This document shows, piece after piece, positions 8,672-19,178 of a stretch of DNA of 26,260 bases. Made by a program: the position numbers and the translations under genes. The notes under the pieces are model-generated. The model did no database searches. It was given only the letters and a program-made list of their open reading frames with translations, and was not told the origin of the DNA. The stretch is taken from positions 1-26,260 of IMG/VR virus record IMGVR_UViG_3300005860_000102, one strand, 5' to 3'. The DNA comes from a virus (taxonomy: Duplodnaviria; Caudoviricetes). Each line of letters opens with the position of its first letter. The first letter of the stretch is position 1.

Positions 8672-11656
8672 ATGGCGCGTAAGGCCCAGGCTCCCGGCTA
8701 CCTGCTCGAACGCATAGACGACTTCTCCGGCGGCTGGAATACCGCCCACCCTGCCTCCATCGGCAAGAACGACCTTGCCATAGCCAAGAACGTCCTCTTC
8801 ACGCCCGAGGGCAAGGTTGTGCCACGCTGGGGTATGGCGAAGCGGTTTGCTATCGACTTCGACTCCAACCCGGTGCTGGGCATGGGTGCGCTGTACAAGT
8901 CCGACGGCACCACGCGGCTGGTCATCGCCACAAGCGGCAAGCTGTACTACGACCTGCCCCACATCCTGTTCGAGTACGATAGCCAGACCGAGTGGGAGAA
9001 TGGGACGGCATACAACGTGGAGATGACTTCTGCGCCGGGTTCGGTGAAGTTGCTTCTCCCTTCTGGCCCCTCGTTTTCCAGGGCGAGTTCGGCGTCCAAG
9101 CTGGACGGGCGCACGGTGGGCGACAATCAGCCACGTTACGAGGGCGAAGAGTGGGTGGAGACGGATGCGGGGTTTGCGCTCGGCGATCTCTTGCATGTTG
9201 AGGTCTCCAGCGGCCTGAAGCTGGCTCTTTATTCGGCCTGGGATGAAACGCAGGGCAAAGACGAGACATTCGGGCTTGATGAAAGCTACGCCTACGACCT
9301 GGATGCAGACGCAAGCGCATTTTGGGACGACTGGGTGGGGACGCACACCACGCGCTACCAGACAAGCGGGAGCAGGGTGTCGCCTCCGATCCCGATTTGC
9401 GTTCTGGGAGGCGTGACGGGAAGCGCTGTTTCCTGGACTGCCAGCACGCCAGAAGGCACGTCGCTGAGGGTTTATGCCAGCCACACCGAAGACGGCAAAA
9501 CGTGGTCGGATTGGGTGGAATGCACCAGCGGGGAGGCCATTCCGGGCCTCAGTTCCATCTCCGATGCGAAAGCGGCCAGCTTCCGCATCATGGAGGTTCT
9601 GGAGACAAGTGATGATACCAAGACGCCGACGCTGAGTGGGCTTTCCGCCACGTGGAGCCAGCTTTGGGGCGAGAAGATCCAGGTGACGGGTGCAAGCGGG
9701 AGCCAGGCGGCAGAATCGCTGGCTGTCCCCGCATCGGTGCTGGCCAAGGGCAGATGGACTATCAGGCTCCTTATCGTACCGCTCCAGGTTGCGGCGGGAG
9801 TGTTGTGGGACTGCTACATTGACGACAACAACTACTACCAGCTTATCGTGGACTCCGAGGGCAAGCTATGCTTGAGGGTGAAATCGGTGGGGACGCTGTA
9901 CAGCACCCCTACCAAGAATGTGGGATCATTAGCGCGCTTGAGGGCTTATCACGTTGCCATACGGGGGGATGGGCAGGAAATCACGTTGTTTGTGAACGGC
10001 ACCAAGGTGGCTTCTGCGAGTTACGTTGAACCCGTTGGTTCCCTCCCTGCGAACATGTACCTTGGTTGCGACCACAACGTATCAAGCCACGTCGGGGTGA
10101 TGCTGGACGACATCTGGATAAGTGCAGTTGCACGCACGGATGGGGAGATACTTGCCGACTACCAGGCGGGTGTTCCTGCCAGCTGGGACGTGTACACCAC
10201 CTACCTGCTTCACTTCAACGGTGACCTGAACCTGCCCATCGAGAGGCAGGGTTGTTGGGTTTCCCCTCCCCAGAATGCGGCGCAGTCAGAAGACAAGAGC
10301 ACGCTCCGCGTATCGTGGGTATCGGCGGGGGAAAATGCTCAAGCAACGCTTGCCTGCCAGGTGAGGACTTCTCCTGATGGTCTCACCTGGAGTGCATGGT
10401 ACGATCAGGTAAACGGGGAACTGGCGGGAGTTCCGCCTGCTGACTACTCGCAGGTGCGGTTCATACTGCAAACCCTGGATGGGAGTAGCACGCCAGAACT
10501 GAAGTCTTGCGTGGTGTCCTACGAAGGCACACCGCACGCCGAGCAATTGCTGAGCGGCCTTTCCGCAAGCAGCCACTACTCCTTCGCGCAGCTTCAGGAT
10601 TACCTGCTTGTCTTCAACGGCGTGGACTTGCCCAAGAAGTACGATGGCACCACGATAGCCGACATCACGGCAGGGCCGAGGGCGAAGTATTGCGCAGTCT
10701 ACAAGGAGAGAGTATGGGCGGCGAAAGGGAGCACGCTTTACTACTCCGAGCCCTTTGACGTTGACACCTGGCCCGCCACGAACTTCATACAGATCAACCC
10801 TTCCGATGGTGACGAGATTATTGCCCTCATTCCAGCCCCCATGATGATGCTTATTGTAAAGCAACACAGCACCTATTACCTGACAGGGTACAATCCGCAA
10901 ACGTTTGCGGTGTCTCCTGCGGGTGACGTAGGCACCATCAGCCCGCGCGGTGCGCTGTGGACGCCCTACGGCATCTTCATGCTGGACAGGGAGGGCGTGT
11001 GGCATACCGACCTGCGCAAGAGGGCGTTGCTCACACGCAAGATAGAGGCTGCATGGAAGACACTCAACCAACGTGCTCTCTCGAAGGGCGCGTTGTTTGT
11101 CATGAATGAGCGCATTCTGGTTGCAGTGCCTTCTGCCACTGCCAACGGCAACGATACGGTGCTGGTATATGACGTGCTACACCGGGCGTGGTCGAAGGTG
11201 GAGGGCTGGTGTCCCTCCTGCTTCCTCATGTTCTGGGAACGTGGTCGCTGGAAGTACCTCTTCGGTGACTCGCGCAAGGGGCAGGTGTACGAGATCGGCG
11301 GCGCGACGAATGATGCTGGCACTGCATTCGAGGCCCTGGTGGAGACGGCGCACCTGCCGCTCATGTCCGAGTCTTGGGAGAAGCGGTACAAGTGGTGCGA
11401 CCTCATCTTCACCAAGGGAAGCACAGCGCAGAACGTGGCGGTGTCCTTCGTGGCCGATGGCGTGGTCGGTGCGGAGAAGACGCTGAACGTGGCTTCGGGA
11501 AGTGGCACCGTGGCGGGTCGCTTCTGGACACCGCCGTTTGCCCGCACGTTGGGTGTTAGGGTACGGTGGCCTGCGACCGACTCCGGCGGGCCGGAACTGC
11601 TGGCGGTGGAACTCACCTACTTCCCGAGGGCGGCGCGGCCCGTGCAGGTGGTGTAG
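8672..11656 (+). CDS. Tail nozzle/stabilisation protein (tubular B or P22 gp10-like) with inserted beta-sandwich and LamG-like domains
   Basis: DFSGGWN start, propeller-like C-terminal half (YKERVWAA, LYYSEP, GDEIIAL); internal LamG-like YHVAI...LFVNG...MYLG...LDDIWISAVART. Confidence 0.8.
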   Translation: MARKAQAPGYLLERIDDFSGGWNTAHPASIGKNDLAIAKNVLFTPEGKVVPRWGMAKRFAIDFDSNPVLGMGALYKSDGTTRLVIATSGKLYYDLPHILFEYDSQTEWENGTAYNVEMTSAPGSVKLLLPSGPSFSRASSASKLDGRTVGDNQPRYEGEEWVETDAGFALGDLLHVEVSSGLKLALYSAWDETQGKDETFGLDESYAYDLDADASAFWDDWVGTHTTRYQTSGSRVSPPIPICVLGGVTGSAVSWTASTPEGTSLRVYASHTEDGKTWSDWVECTSGEAIPGLSSISDAKAASFRIMEVLETSDDTKTPTLSGLSATWSQLWGEKIQVTGASGSQAAESLAVPASVLAKGRWTIRLLIVPLQVAAGVLWDCYIDDNNYYQLIVDSEGKLCLRVKSVGTLYSTPTKNVGSLARLRAYHVAIRGDGQEITLFVNGTKVASASYVEPVGSLPANMYLGCDHNVSSHVGVMLDDIWISAVARTDGEILADYQAGVPASWDVYTTYLLHFNGDLNLPIERQGCWVSPPQNAAQSEDKSTLRVSWVSAGENAQATLACQVRTSPDGLTWSAWYDQVNGELAGVPPADYSQVRFILQTLDGSSTPELKSCVVSYEGTPHAEQLLSGLSASSHYSFAQLQDYLLVFNGVDLPKKYDGTTIADITAGPRAKYCAVYKERVWAAKGSTLYYSEPFDVDTWPATNFIQINPSDGDEIIALIPAPMMMLIVKQHSTYYLTGYNPQTFAVSPAGDVGTISPRGALWTPYGIFMLDREGVWHTDLRKRALLTRKIEAAWKTLNQRALSKGALFVMNERILVAVPSATANGNDTVLVYDVLHRAWSKVEGWCPSCFLMFWERGRWKYLFGDSRKGQVYEIGGATNDAGTAFEALVETAHLPLMSESWEKRYKWCDLIFTKGSTAQNVAVSFVADGVVGAEKTLNVASGSGTVAGRFWTPPFARTLGVRVRWPATDSGGPELLAVELTYFPRAARPVQVV

Positions 11657-11659
11657 CGT

Positions 11660-12211
11660 ATGGCGTACGTCGAACTGCCGCTTCTCTGGGTCAAGTCCCC
11701 AGAGATGCAACAGATACTGCTCACGTTGCAGGACGCACTCAACAAGCTGTCGGAGGACAACTTTCCCAACCCGCTTTCGGCAGACAACATACTTGCGCCA
11801 GACAGCCTCACCGGCTCCTCGCTACTCAAAGACTATAGCACCCCGCTGAAGAAGCTGGCGTGGCGCGAGTGGCCGATAGAACTGGTGCTTGCCCCGCAAC
11901 CTGCCTCTACCACGACTTCGCTCGACTGCGGTGGCTTCTGGGTGTTCGACCCCACCAAGTACCCAGGTGGCACGTGGTACTTCGAGGCGGCGATACGGAT
12001 TTCCGATGCGGCCTACACCGCGACGGCGCAACTGAAGAGCGGCGCAAACGTTCTCGCTTCGGTGAGCACCACGAACACGAGCTACACCGTGGTGCGGTCG
12101 GGTGCGGTGACGATGCCAACGGCGCGGGCGGTGCTGACGGTTACGCTGACTTCCAACAACACGTCCGGCACAGCGTACCTCTGGACGGCCCGGATGATCT
12201 ACGTTCCGTAA
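11660..12211 (+). CDS. Putative tail needle/short fibre
   Basis: Short N-terminal helix then beta-rich C-terminal domain; position right after the nozzle. Confidence 0.5.
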   Translation: MAYVELPLLWVKSPEMQQILLTLQDALNKLSEDNFPNPLSADNILAPDSLTGSSLLKDYSTPLKKLAWREWPIELVLAPQPASTTTSLDCGGFWVFDPTKYPGGTWYFEAAIRISDAAYTATAQLKSGANVLASVSTTNTSYTVVRSGAVTMPTARAVLTVTLTSNNTSGTAYLWTARMIYVP

Positions 12212-12223
12212 GGTGGTGGTAGC

Positions 12224-13750
12224 ATGTCCGTTCCGCAGTTGAAGCTCCGCGAGGAGATAGAGAAGCGCGGCGGGAAGGTAACGTGGCAGGGGGCGGGAAA
12301 GCCCATCAAGGTGGAGTACGGGGGCAAGACTGTCGAGATTTCGCCTTCGGAATACGAAGTGCGCTGGGATCCGCAGGAGAAGACTTGGCGGGCATTCACC
12401 ACTCCCGAGACGCTGGCGAAGGCAACTGGTACCGTGCCTGCGCGGGCCACCTTCGAGGCCAAGGGCTATGAAGTGGAGTGGAGGCCCGACACCAAACAGG
12501 TGGTGGTGCGCGACCCGTCCACGGGCCGGGAAGCGACTCTGACCCCGACTGCGCTTTGGGGCGATAGGGCGTGGGTGGAACCGGAGAAGATTCCGCAAGC
12601 AGAAGAACAGCTTAAACTTCCCGCCGAGAGGGTTGCGGAGGAACAGGCGGCTGAGTGGAAGGCTTTTTCCGATAAGGCGCAACAGACACTTAAGGAGTAC
12701 TCCGACAAGAGGATGGCCTACATCGACAAAATAAGCGATGCCGCGCTTGTGGCTTACAAGGTGTATCAGGATCAATTTGCCCAAGCCCTTGATCTCCTGA
12801 AACAGCAGATGCAACAGAGCCGTGAAATGCCCCTATCCCTGAAAATCGCGATTGACGAGCTTAGGAAGCGGGTGGACGAGGAATCCAAACGAGTGCGTGA
12901 TGAGATGATCAGGCGCGGTATTGCGCAGTCCGGTATTGCAATAGAAGAAGAGCGGAAACTGCGTGAGCGGGGGCTGACGGAGGAGCAAAAGCTGATCGCC
13001 AACTGGCTGGATCAGGAGTACGAGAAGGCTACCCGAGCCGTGTTCCAGCTTGCGAATCTCTACGCGCAGTCTGCTGGGCCTATGGCCGAGATGTACTACC
13101 GTGCGGCTACCGTTGGGCCGCAGGCGGCTATGGAACTGGAAAAGGAAATGATGGGCTACGGCATGCAACTGGCGCAGAAGGGATATGATGTGCTTTCCGA
13201 GTTGCGTAGATGGAAGACTGAGCAACGCCAGCAGGCTGAGCAGGACTGGGCGAGGCGGTTGCAGGAAGCGCAGAAATTTGCTTGGGAGCAATTGAAGTGG
13301 GGTACGGAGCAGGCGCAGAAGGAACGGGAATTTGCTTGGGAGCAATACAAGTTCCAGAAACAACAGGAATTGGAGCGTGAAAAGTTAGATTACCAGAAGC
13401 GTCGGGATGCGGCGCGTGCCGAAGCCAACCTCCGGAAACTCAGTCCGGCTGACGTGCGCAACAACGCCAAGGCGGATGCAACCGACACGATCATCAAGCG
13501 GCTGGATCGGGTATACCAAATGAAAGATCACCCTAACTTCGGCAAGACACTAACTGACGAGATACAGCAGATCGAGGCCGATATTCTCCGCACTGCGCCC
13601 GATCTCTACCGTGCTGGGTTGAGCGACAGCGACATAGCGAACCTGATCGACAAGGCGTGGCTGATAGGCACTGGCAAGACGCGGAAAGAGATAATGGGCA
13701 AGTCGTCTTACGACTATGTGATGATGTTGCCGGTGGGAGGAGGCCAGTAA
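12224..13750 (+). CDS. Putative internal virion/ejection protein with N-terminal copper-amine-oxidase-N-like motifs and long coiled coil
   Basis: LREEIEKRGGKVTW and VPARATFEAKGYEVEW motifs; RRGIAQSGI; Q/E/K-rich helical remainder with FAWEQ repeat. Confidence 0.65.
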   Translation: MSVPQLKLREEIEKRGGKVTWQGAGKPIKVEYGGKTVEISPSEYEVRWDPQEKTWRAFTTPETLAKATGTVPARATFEAKGYEVEWRPDTKQVVVRDPSTGREATLTPTALWGDRAWVEPEKIPQAEEQLKLPAERVAEEQAAEWKAFSDKAQQTLKEYSDKRMAYIDKISDAALVAYKVYQDQFAQALDLLKQQMQQSREMPLSLKIAIDELRKRVDEESKRVRDEMIRRGIAQSGIAIEEERKLRERGLTEEQKLIANWLDQEYEKATRAVFQLANLYAQSAGPMAEMYYRAATVGPQAAMELEKEMMGYGMQLAQKGYDVLSELRRWKTEQRQQAEQDWARRLQEAQKFAWEQLKWGTEQAQKEREFAWEQYKFQKQQELEREKLDYQKRRDAARAEANLRKLSPADVRNNAKADATDTIIKRLDRVYQMKDHPNFGKTLTDEIQQIEADILRTAPDLYRAGLSDSDIANLIDKAWLIGTGKTRKEIMGKSSYDYVMMLPVGGGQ

Positions 13751-13753
13751 TAG

Positions 13754-16700
13754 ATGCCCGTTCCGCTCGATATCACCAAGACGCCACTCCACCAGAGGCT
13801 AGAAGACCCTGAGTACTGGAAGAAGCGGCTGAGCCCTCCGACACCTGCTCCTATTGCTCCTGCTCCTACTACTCCTGCCGTTACTGCTCCTAAGCCAGAG
13901 TCCCCGAAGCTCCTACCTGCGCGTCCGCCCGAGGACATTGCGTACATCGCAGAGTTCGAGAAGCGGCACCCCGCTTTAGCTAAGGTGCTTCGGGGCTGGA
14001 AGACTCTCATGGAGCGTATCCCTGGAATGCCTGGGACGCCCTGGGGTCAGAAGGTGGGAGAGGTTGTTGGCCGCACCCTGATTGGCGCAGAGCCGCCGAT
14101 AGAAAGCCCTAAGCTGAGCAAAGCAGGCGAGATAACTGCGGAACTTGTGGGCGGTGGCCTTGCGATGGCCGGAGCCGTGCGGGGTTTGGGTATCCCAGGT
14201 GCTGCTGGTGCGGTTGAGCAAGCTGAGAGGATAGTAGGCGAGAAGGTAGCAAGGGCGGTTCCACGGGTTGCAGAAGCTGTCAGCCGCCTTCCTGCATTGG
14301 CCCAGGCAACAGGACGCGCTGCTCTGGTGGAGGCTCCTGCGTGGTGGACATATGAGAGAGTGGCGTATCCTGAAGAGCATAAGCCTGAGTTAAAGCAACT
14401 GCCCGAGTACATGGCGCAGTTTGGTGCGTTTGTGGGCCTCACGGGGGCTGCGGCTGAAGCTCTGCCCCGTGTTGTTCGTTACCTGCGCAGGCCCAAGGCG
14501 GCTCCGAAGGCTGAGGTAAAGCCGCCCGAGGTCAAGGTGGAGGAGGTTAAGCCTCCTGCCGCCGAGGTGAAACCTCCCGAGGCCCCGACCGCGGAGGTAA
14601 AGCCTCCCGAGGCTCCTGCGCCGAAGCCGCCTGAAGCTCCTCCTGCCGAAGAACTGCCCGTCAAGGTGGGCCAGCGCATGACTGCCCGACGCAAGAGGAC
14701 GGGCAAGGAGTACACGGGCGTTGTGGAGCGTGTCTATCGGGGGAAGCAGGGGCAGCTTCTTGCCGATGTGCGGCTTGACGATGGTACGGTGAGGACCATC
14801 CCAGCATCCCGCAAGTATACCGAGTGGCGGGCACCAGAGGCTGAGGCTTCTAAAGTGGAGGTGCCCGAAGCACCGAAGGTTGAAGCGGCAGAGATTCCAC
14901 CTGTGCCTGAAGTTAAGCCTGAAGTTCCTCCTGCCCCCGCCAAGCCCTACGAGGGCCTTCGCCCTGGCACCGAGCAGTGGATGAAGGTGTGGCGGGAGCA
15001 TCCTGAGTTGCAGAAGGAAATGGTGGAGTATGGGAAGCGCATTGAATCCCTCGCAGCACGGCCCAAAGGAGCTACCAGCAGAGTAAAGACTGAGCGCGGG
15101 ACGGCAGTAGATACAGAGTGGGTTGTGGCAGACGCGAATGATCTGGTTTCTTCCCACGATACTGCGCTACGGCCCGATCCAAGGTTCCCAGCGGAACTGC
15201 AACCAAGGGAACGGACACGGGTAGCTTCTGAGGAACAGGTGAGCAGGATTGCGGCGGAACTGGAGCCTGAGTTCTTGGGCGAATCCCCGAAAGCCTCCGA
15301 AGGTGCGCCTATTGTGGGACCTGACGGGATAGTGGAGTCGGGCAACGCGCGGGTTATCGCGTTGAAGAGGCTTTACGAACGCAATCATCCAAACGCCGAG
15401 AAGTACAAGCAGTGGTTGAAGGAGAACGCAGAGAGATTCGGGCTCAAGCCAGAAGACATCGAGCGTGTTGAGCGGCCCGTGCTTGTGCGGGTGCGCAAGA
15501 CGGAGGTAGACCGTCCGCGCTTCGTCATGGAGGCCAACGAGCCTGCTGTGGCTGCCATGAGCGCGACCGAGCAGGCTATGGCGGATGCCCGCAATATGCC
15601 CAGCGAACTGCTGGATATTTTCCATCCCGACGAGACTGGGAACATCCTGGTGCCCGAGAACCGCGACTTTGTGCGTGCCTTCATGGAGAGGGTAGTTCCC
15701 CCTGCCGAGCGCGGGCGTTACATGACCGCCGAGGGTACGCTGTCACAGGAAGGTGTAGCCCGCATCCGCAACGCGGTGCTTGCGAAGGCATATGGCGATC
15801 CTGCGGTGCTGGCTAAGCTCATAGAGGACCCCGAGAGCCCGATTCGCAACATTGCTACTGCCCTACTGAGAGTGGCCCCGAGGTTCGCCAAGCTCAAGGA
15901 GGGAATAGCGCGAGGATTCTACCAGAACCTTGATCTGACGCCCGAACTCAATGCGGCGGTACGGAAGATTGCCGCCCTGCGCGAGGTTGGGCAGAGTGTA
16001 GAGGCGTACCTGAAGCAGCTTGGATTCTTGGAAGATTTGTCGCCCCTTGCCCGTTCGGTGCTGGAGGAACTGCACGCGAATTCGCGTAGCAGCAAGCGGC
16101 TGGCTGAACTGCTGGGCCTGTATGCTGATGAAGTGATGAGACTGGGACCGCCTACACAGTTGTTCCCTGAACTTGTACCTACTAAGGAGGAACTGTGGCG
16201 GCGGGTGGTGGAAGCGACTAAGGCTCCAGTACAACAGGTAGTATTGTTTGGGGAACGACCTGTCGGTACATCTGCTACGCTGGAGGCGGTTTTACAGGAA
16301 AACCTTGCCCAAGTCCAGCGCAACGTAGCAGGCGAAGCCGAGCGTGCTTACGCCTTTGCCCCTGGAACCGCACCGCGTATCGAAATCCCGAAGGCTCCCA
16401 CCGAGACTCTGGAGGAAGTCCTGACCGCCACGAAGACTGCCCGTAGCTGGATTGAGGCGGTGAAGAGAAAGTTTGCCCAATTCAAGGAAGACGTGGTTGA
16501 AGTATTCTCCTACCACCCCGAGCTTGAGAAGTATCCGTGGCTGAGGAATGAACTCCGCAAGTTCGAGGACATAGGTGCAGATGCCGATGAGTTTGCTACC
16601 CGTGCGCTTACAGGTGTGGCGGGTGATCTTCAGACGCCGCAGAGGTACGAGCTATTCCGCCGGTTGGTTGTGCTTAACGACTTGATTGAAACTGCCGAGC

Positions 16701-19171
16701 AGGGGCTTGCGGTGCCGAGGGAAGTGTCGCTGGAGGAACTGGGGGCGTACCGCGACCAGTTGCTGGCGCAGGCGGATGATTTGGTGAAGGCGGCTCTTGA
16801 TCGGCACTACAAGCTCATGAGGGCGATAGGCGAAGACCTTGTGCGGAGGGGTAAACTGCCGCCCGAGGCCCTGCGCGACAAGTACTACCCGCACCGGGTG
16901 CTGGATTACATCGAGGAGATAGACAGGCGCGCGGGAATGCCCAGGAAGCTCCGTGCACCGTACCGCTTCTACACCAAGGAGCGTGTGGGTTCGGTGCGGG
17001 ACATCGACACGGCCTACTTGGAGATCATGTACCAGCACCTGACCAAGATTTACGTGGACAATGCTGCGGACGACTTCATGATGAAGGTGGCAAGGAAGTA
17101 CGATCTGCGGGAGGTACGGCCCGACAAGTTCAAGGAGATCACCAGCCGCACCAAACTGCGCCCTGGAATGATAGTGGATGTAGACGGCCAGCCCTATCGT
17201 GCTTGGCAGTACGAGAGGGGCAATCTGCTGTTCCCGACCCAGACGGTGGCCGAAAGCGTTGTGCGCAAGGCAATGAGGGAAGGCATAACGCCGCAGGAAC
17301 TGCTCGGGCCTTACTTCGATGAGGAGGGCCGATTCCTCAAGACGCTGGAGCGTGCCCTGGAGGAGAGTACTGAGATACCGCCAGAGGTACGGGAGTTTAT
17401 CGACCGTGCGGGCGAACCGTGGCGCACCGTGCTGGCACTCGGGCACTACAAGCGCATCTATCTCCTGCCTGAAGAGGTAGCGCGCACACTCGATAATCTT
17501 CGGTCGGGTAGGCAACTTGGCAAATTCCTCAATGGGCTTGTTACTGCCAACAGGCTATGGAAGCGCGTTACGCTGACTACGCTTGGCATCCCATATCACC
17601 TTGGTAACTTCATCGGGGACATGGTAAACGGAATTCTCCGTGAAGATCCAGTTGCAGCCAAGAATTTGCGGCGCGCTTATGCGGTAGCTCTCCGAGACAT
17701 GCCCGAGGGCTATCAGCGTGTCCTAGAGCCAGTGCTTAAAGCCCTAAGGATGATCGAAGAAGTAGCACCTGCAGAAGCCGAAGAGATATTGAAGCTAGCC
17801 CGCCAGGAACGGGTAATGGAGGCTGGGTTTGTCGGACGCGGTGGTGTTAGTTCCATTTACACTGAACCGCTTCTGGCCCGACTCCAGCCCCAAAAGGCAA
17901 TGGTGCAGGTCTACAATCCTCTGTCGATAGTGCAGTTCCTTGGCGAACTCCGTGAATCTGGTGGGCGTTTGGCAAAGTTCATTACCGACCTTGAGCGCAT
18001 TCGCTCTGGTGGGCAAGTTGTAACAAAAACCGTAGACATTGCTGGGCTCGAACCGATAGAAGCTGCTGGCAGGGTGGCGCGGAAAGTCTTCGTAGACTAC
18101 AGGGAGATTTCGACTGACATTCGGATACTTCGCGACCTGCTCTTCCCGTTCCTGACGTTCTACCTAGAGAACTTCCGCAACTGGTACCGCTACGTCCGCA
18201 GGTATCCGACCGACTTCCTGCTCAAGTTCGGCGTGCCTCTTGGGGCAATGTGGCTATGGAACAACACCGTCCAAAGGAAGCAGGAGGAGGGGTTGCCTGA
18301 ATACTGGCACTACATCCCGCACATCTGCACAGGTTACACCACGGAGGACGGCAAGGACATCATCATCGGAATGCAGACACCTGTGGACATCGCCGCTCGG
18401 ATGGTGGGCCTTGACCGCCTGATGGACAAGGTGGCGAAGGTAGCACGGGGTGAGATGACGCCTCAGCAAGCTGCCTTGGAGCAGTTGAAGGACATGGGCC
18501 TTGCCCCTGGGCGGGCGGCTCTCTACTTGCTTACGCCGTTTATTAGGGTGTTTGGAGAACTGGCGGCAAATAAGGACATTTACGGCAGGACAATAGTGCC
18601 CGAAAGGTTAAAGGGAACACGCCAAGGTCTTGGGCTACAGATACACCACCTGCTAGAGTCGATATTTGAGCCTTATGCCCAGTACGTTACTGTGCTTGAG
18701 CAGGCCGAACCTGGCGAGGCCCTGTGGCGCACCTTGCGGCGTGGGCCGCTTGACATAGAACGTGCCTTGGGCATTCGCAGGATAGACGTTGCCGCCCAGC
18801 AACGCCGGATGATGTACGAGACGGCAGAAGAGGCCGATGTGCGCAACAAGCAGATGCGGGTTGATCTGGAGGAAGCCTTCATCGAAGCATGGGACAAGAA
18901 CGACCGCAACATCTTCCTGCGGGTGCTAGCGAGGTATCCGAATGCCACTCCCGAGATGCTGAAGAACATCACGACTTCCCCGAGGGTGTGGGCGGAAATC
19001 AGCCGCAGGAAGATGGCAAAGGCCAAGACGCCCGAGGAGCAACAGGAGTGGAAGAAGCGGTACGACTACTACCGCATGATAGAGGCAGGACAGCGGCTCA
19101 AGCAAGTTCCGAAGGGGGAGAGGCCGGAGGTTCTGGAGAGGATTCTGAAGAGGCTAAGGGGGCAACAATAG
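13754..19171 (+). CDS. Large polyvalent/ejection protein with ddrB-like ParB domain and LPD38-like C-terminus
   Basis: 1805 aa; ELQPRERTR...GAPIVGPDGIVESGNARVIAL (ddrB-ParB-like); C-terminal FPFLTFY...LPEYW...ELAANKDIYGRTIVP pattern of large podovirus internal proteins. Confidence 0.75.
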   Translation: MPVPLDITKTPLHQRLEDPEYWKKRLSPPTPAPIAPAPTTPAVTAPKPESPKLLPARPPEDIAYIAEFEKRHPALAKVLRGWKTLMERIPGMPGTPWGQKVGEVVGRTLIGAEPPIESPKLSKAGEITAELVGGGLAMAGAVRGLGIPGAAGAVEQAERIVGEKVARAVPRVAEAVSRLPALAQATGRAALVEAPAWWTYERVAYPEEHKPELKQLPEYMAQFGAFVGLTGAAAEALPRVVRYLRRPKAAPKAEVKPPEVKVEEVKPPAAEVKPPEAPTAEVKPPEAPAPKPPEAPPAEELPVKVGQRMTARRKRTGKEYTGVVERVYRGKQGQLLADVRLDDGTVRTIPASRKYTEWRAPEAEASKVEVPEAPKVEAAEIPPVPEVKPEVPPAPAKPYEGLRPGTEQWMKVWREHPELQKEMVEYGKRIESLAARPKGATSRVKTERGTAVDTEWVVADANDLVSSHDTALRPDPRFPAELQPRERTRVASEEQVSRIAAELEPEFLGESPKASEGAPIVGPDGIVESGNARVIALKRLYERNHPNAEKYKQWLKENAERFGLKPEDIERVERPVLVRVRKTEVDRPRFVMEANEPAVAAMSATEQAMADARNMPSELLDIFHPDETGNILVPENRDFVRAFMERVVPPAERGRYMTAEGTLSQEGVARIRNAVLAKAYGDPAVLAKLIEDPESPIRNIATALLRVAPRFAKLKEGIARGFYQNLDLTPELNAAVRKIAALREVGQSVEAYLKQLGFLEDLSPLARSVLEELHANSRSSKRLAELLGLYADEVMRLGPPTQLFPELVPTKEELWRRVVEATKAPVQQVVLFGERPVGTSATLEAVLQENLAQVQRNVAGEAERAYAFAPGTAPRIEIPKAPTETLEEVLTATKTARSWIEAVKRKFAQFKEDVVEVFSYHPELEKYPWLRNELRKFEDIGADADEFATRALTGVAGDLQTPQRYELFRRLVVLNDLIETAEQGLAVPREVSLEELGAYRDQLLAQADDLVKAALDRHYKLMRAIGEDLVRRGKLPPEALRDKYYPHRVLDYIEEIDRRAGMPRKLRAPYRFYTKERVGSVRDIDTAYLEIMYQHLTKIYVDNAADDFMMKVARKYDLREVRPDKFKEITSRTKLRPGMIVDVDGQPYRAWQYERGNLLFPTQTVAESVVRKAMREGITPQELLGPYFDEEGRFLKTLERALEESTEIPPEVREFIDRAGEPWRTVLALGHYKRIYLLPEEVARTLDNLRSGRQLGKFLNGLVTANRLWKRVTLTTLGIPYHLGNFIGDMVNGILREDPVAAKNLRRAYAVALRDMPEGYQRVLEPVLKALRMIEEVAPAEAEEILKLARQERVMEAGFVGRGGVSSIYTEPLLARLQPQKAMVQVYNPLSIVQFLGELRESGGRLAKFITDLERIRSGGQVVTKTVDIAGLEPIEAAGRVARKVFVDYREISTDIRILRDLLFPFLTFYLENFRNWYRYVRRYPTDFLLKFGVPLGAMWLWNNTVQRKQEEGLPEYWHYIPHICTGYTTEDGKDIIIGMQTPVDIAARMVGLDRLMDKVAKVARGEMTPQQAALEQLKDMGLAPGRAALYLLTPFIRVFGELAANKDIYGRTIVPERLKGTRQGLGLQIHHLLESIFEPYAQYVTVLEQAEPGEALWRTLRRGPLDIERALGIRRIDVAAQQRRMMYETAEEADVRNKQMRVDLEEAFIEAWDKNDRNIFLRVLARYPNATPEMLKNITTSPRVWAEISRRKMAKAKTPEEQQEWKKRYDYYRMIEAGQRLKQVPKGERPEVLERILKRLRGQQ
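14513..14650 (+). repeat. Coding tandem repeats (EVKPPE/A) in a disordered linker
   Basis: GAGGTnAArCCnCCn units at about 14513, 14543, 14564 and 14594. Confidence 0.8.
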
Positions 19172-19178
19172 CCGTTGG

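Noticed and set aside
13275-13346. 18-nt direct repeat AATTTGCTTGGGAGCAAT, 54 nt apart
   Set aside because: Explained by an in-frame FAWEQ peptide duplication in a coiled coil.
17480-18700. Lower-GC patches inside the 1805-aa gene (e.g. 47% in 18541-18600)
   Set aside because: Frame is intact; this fits ordinary phage mosaicism and cannot be delimited without computation.
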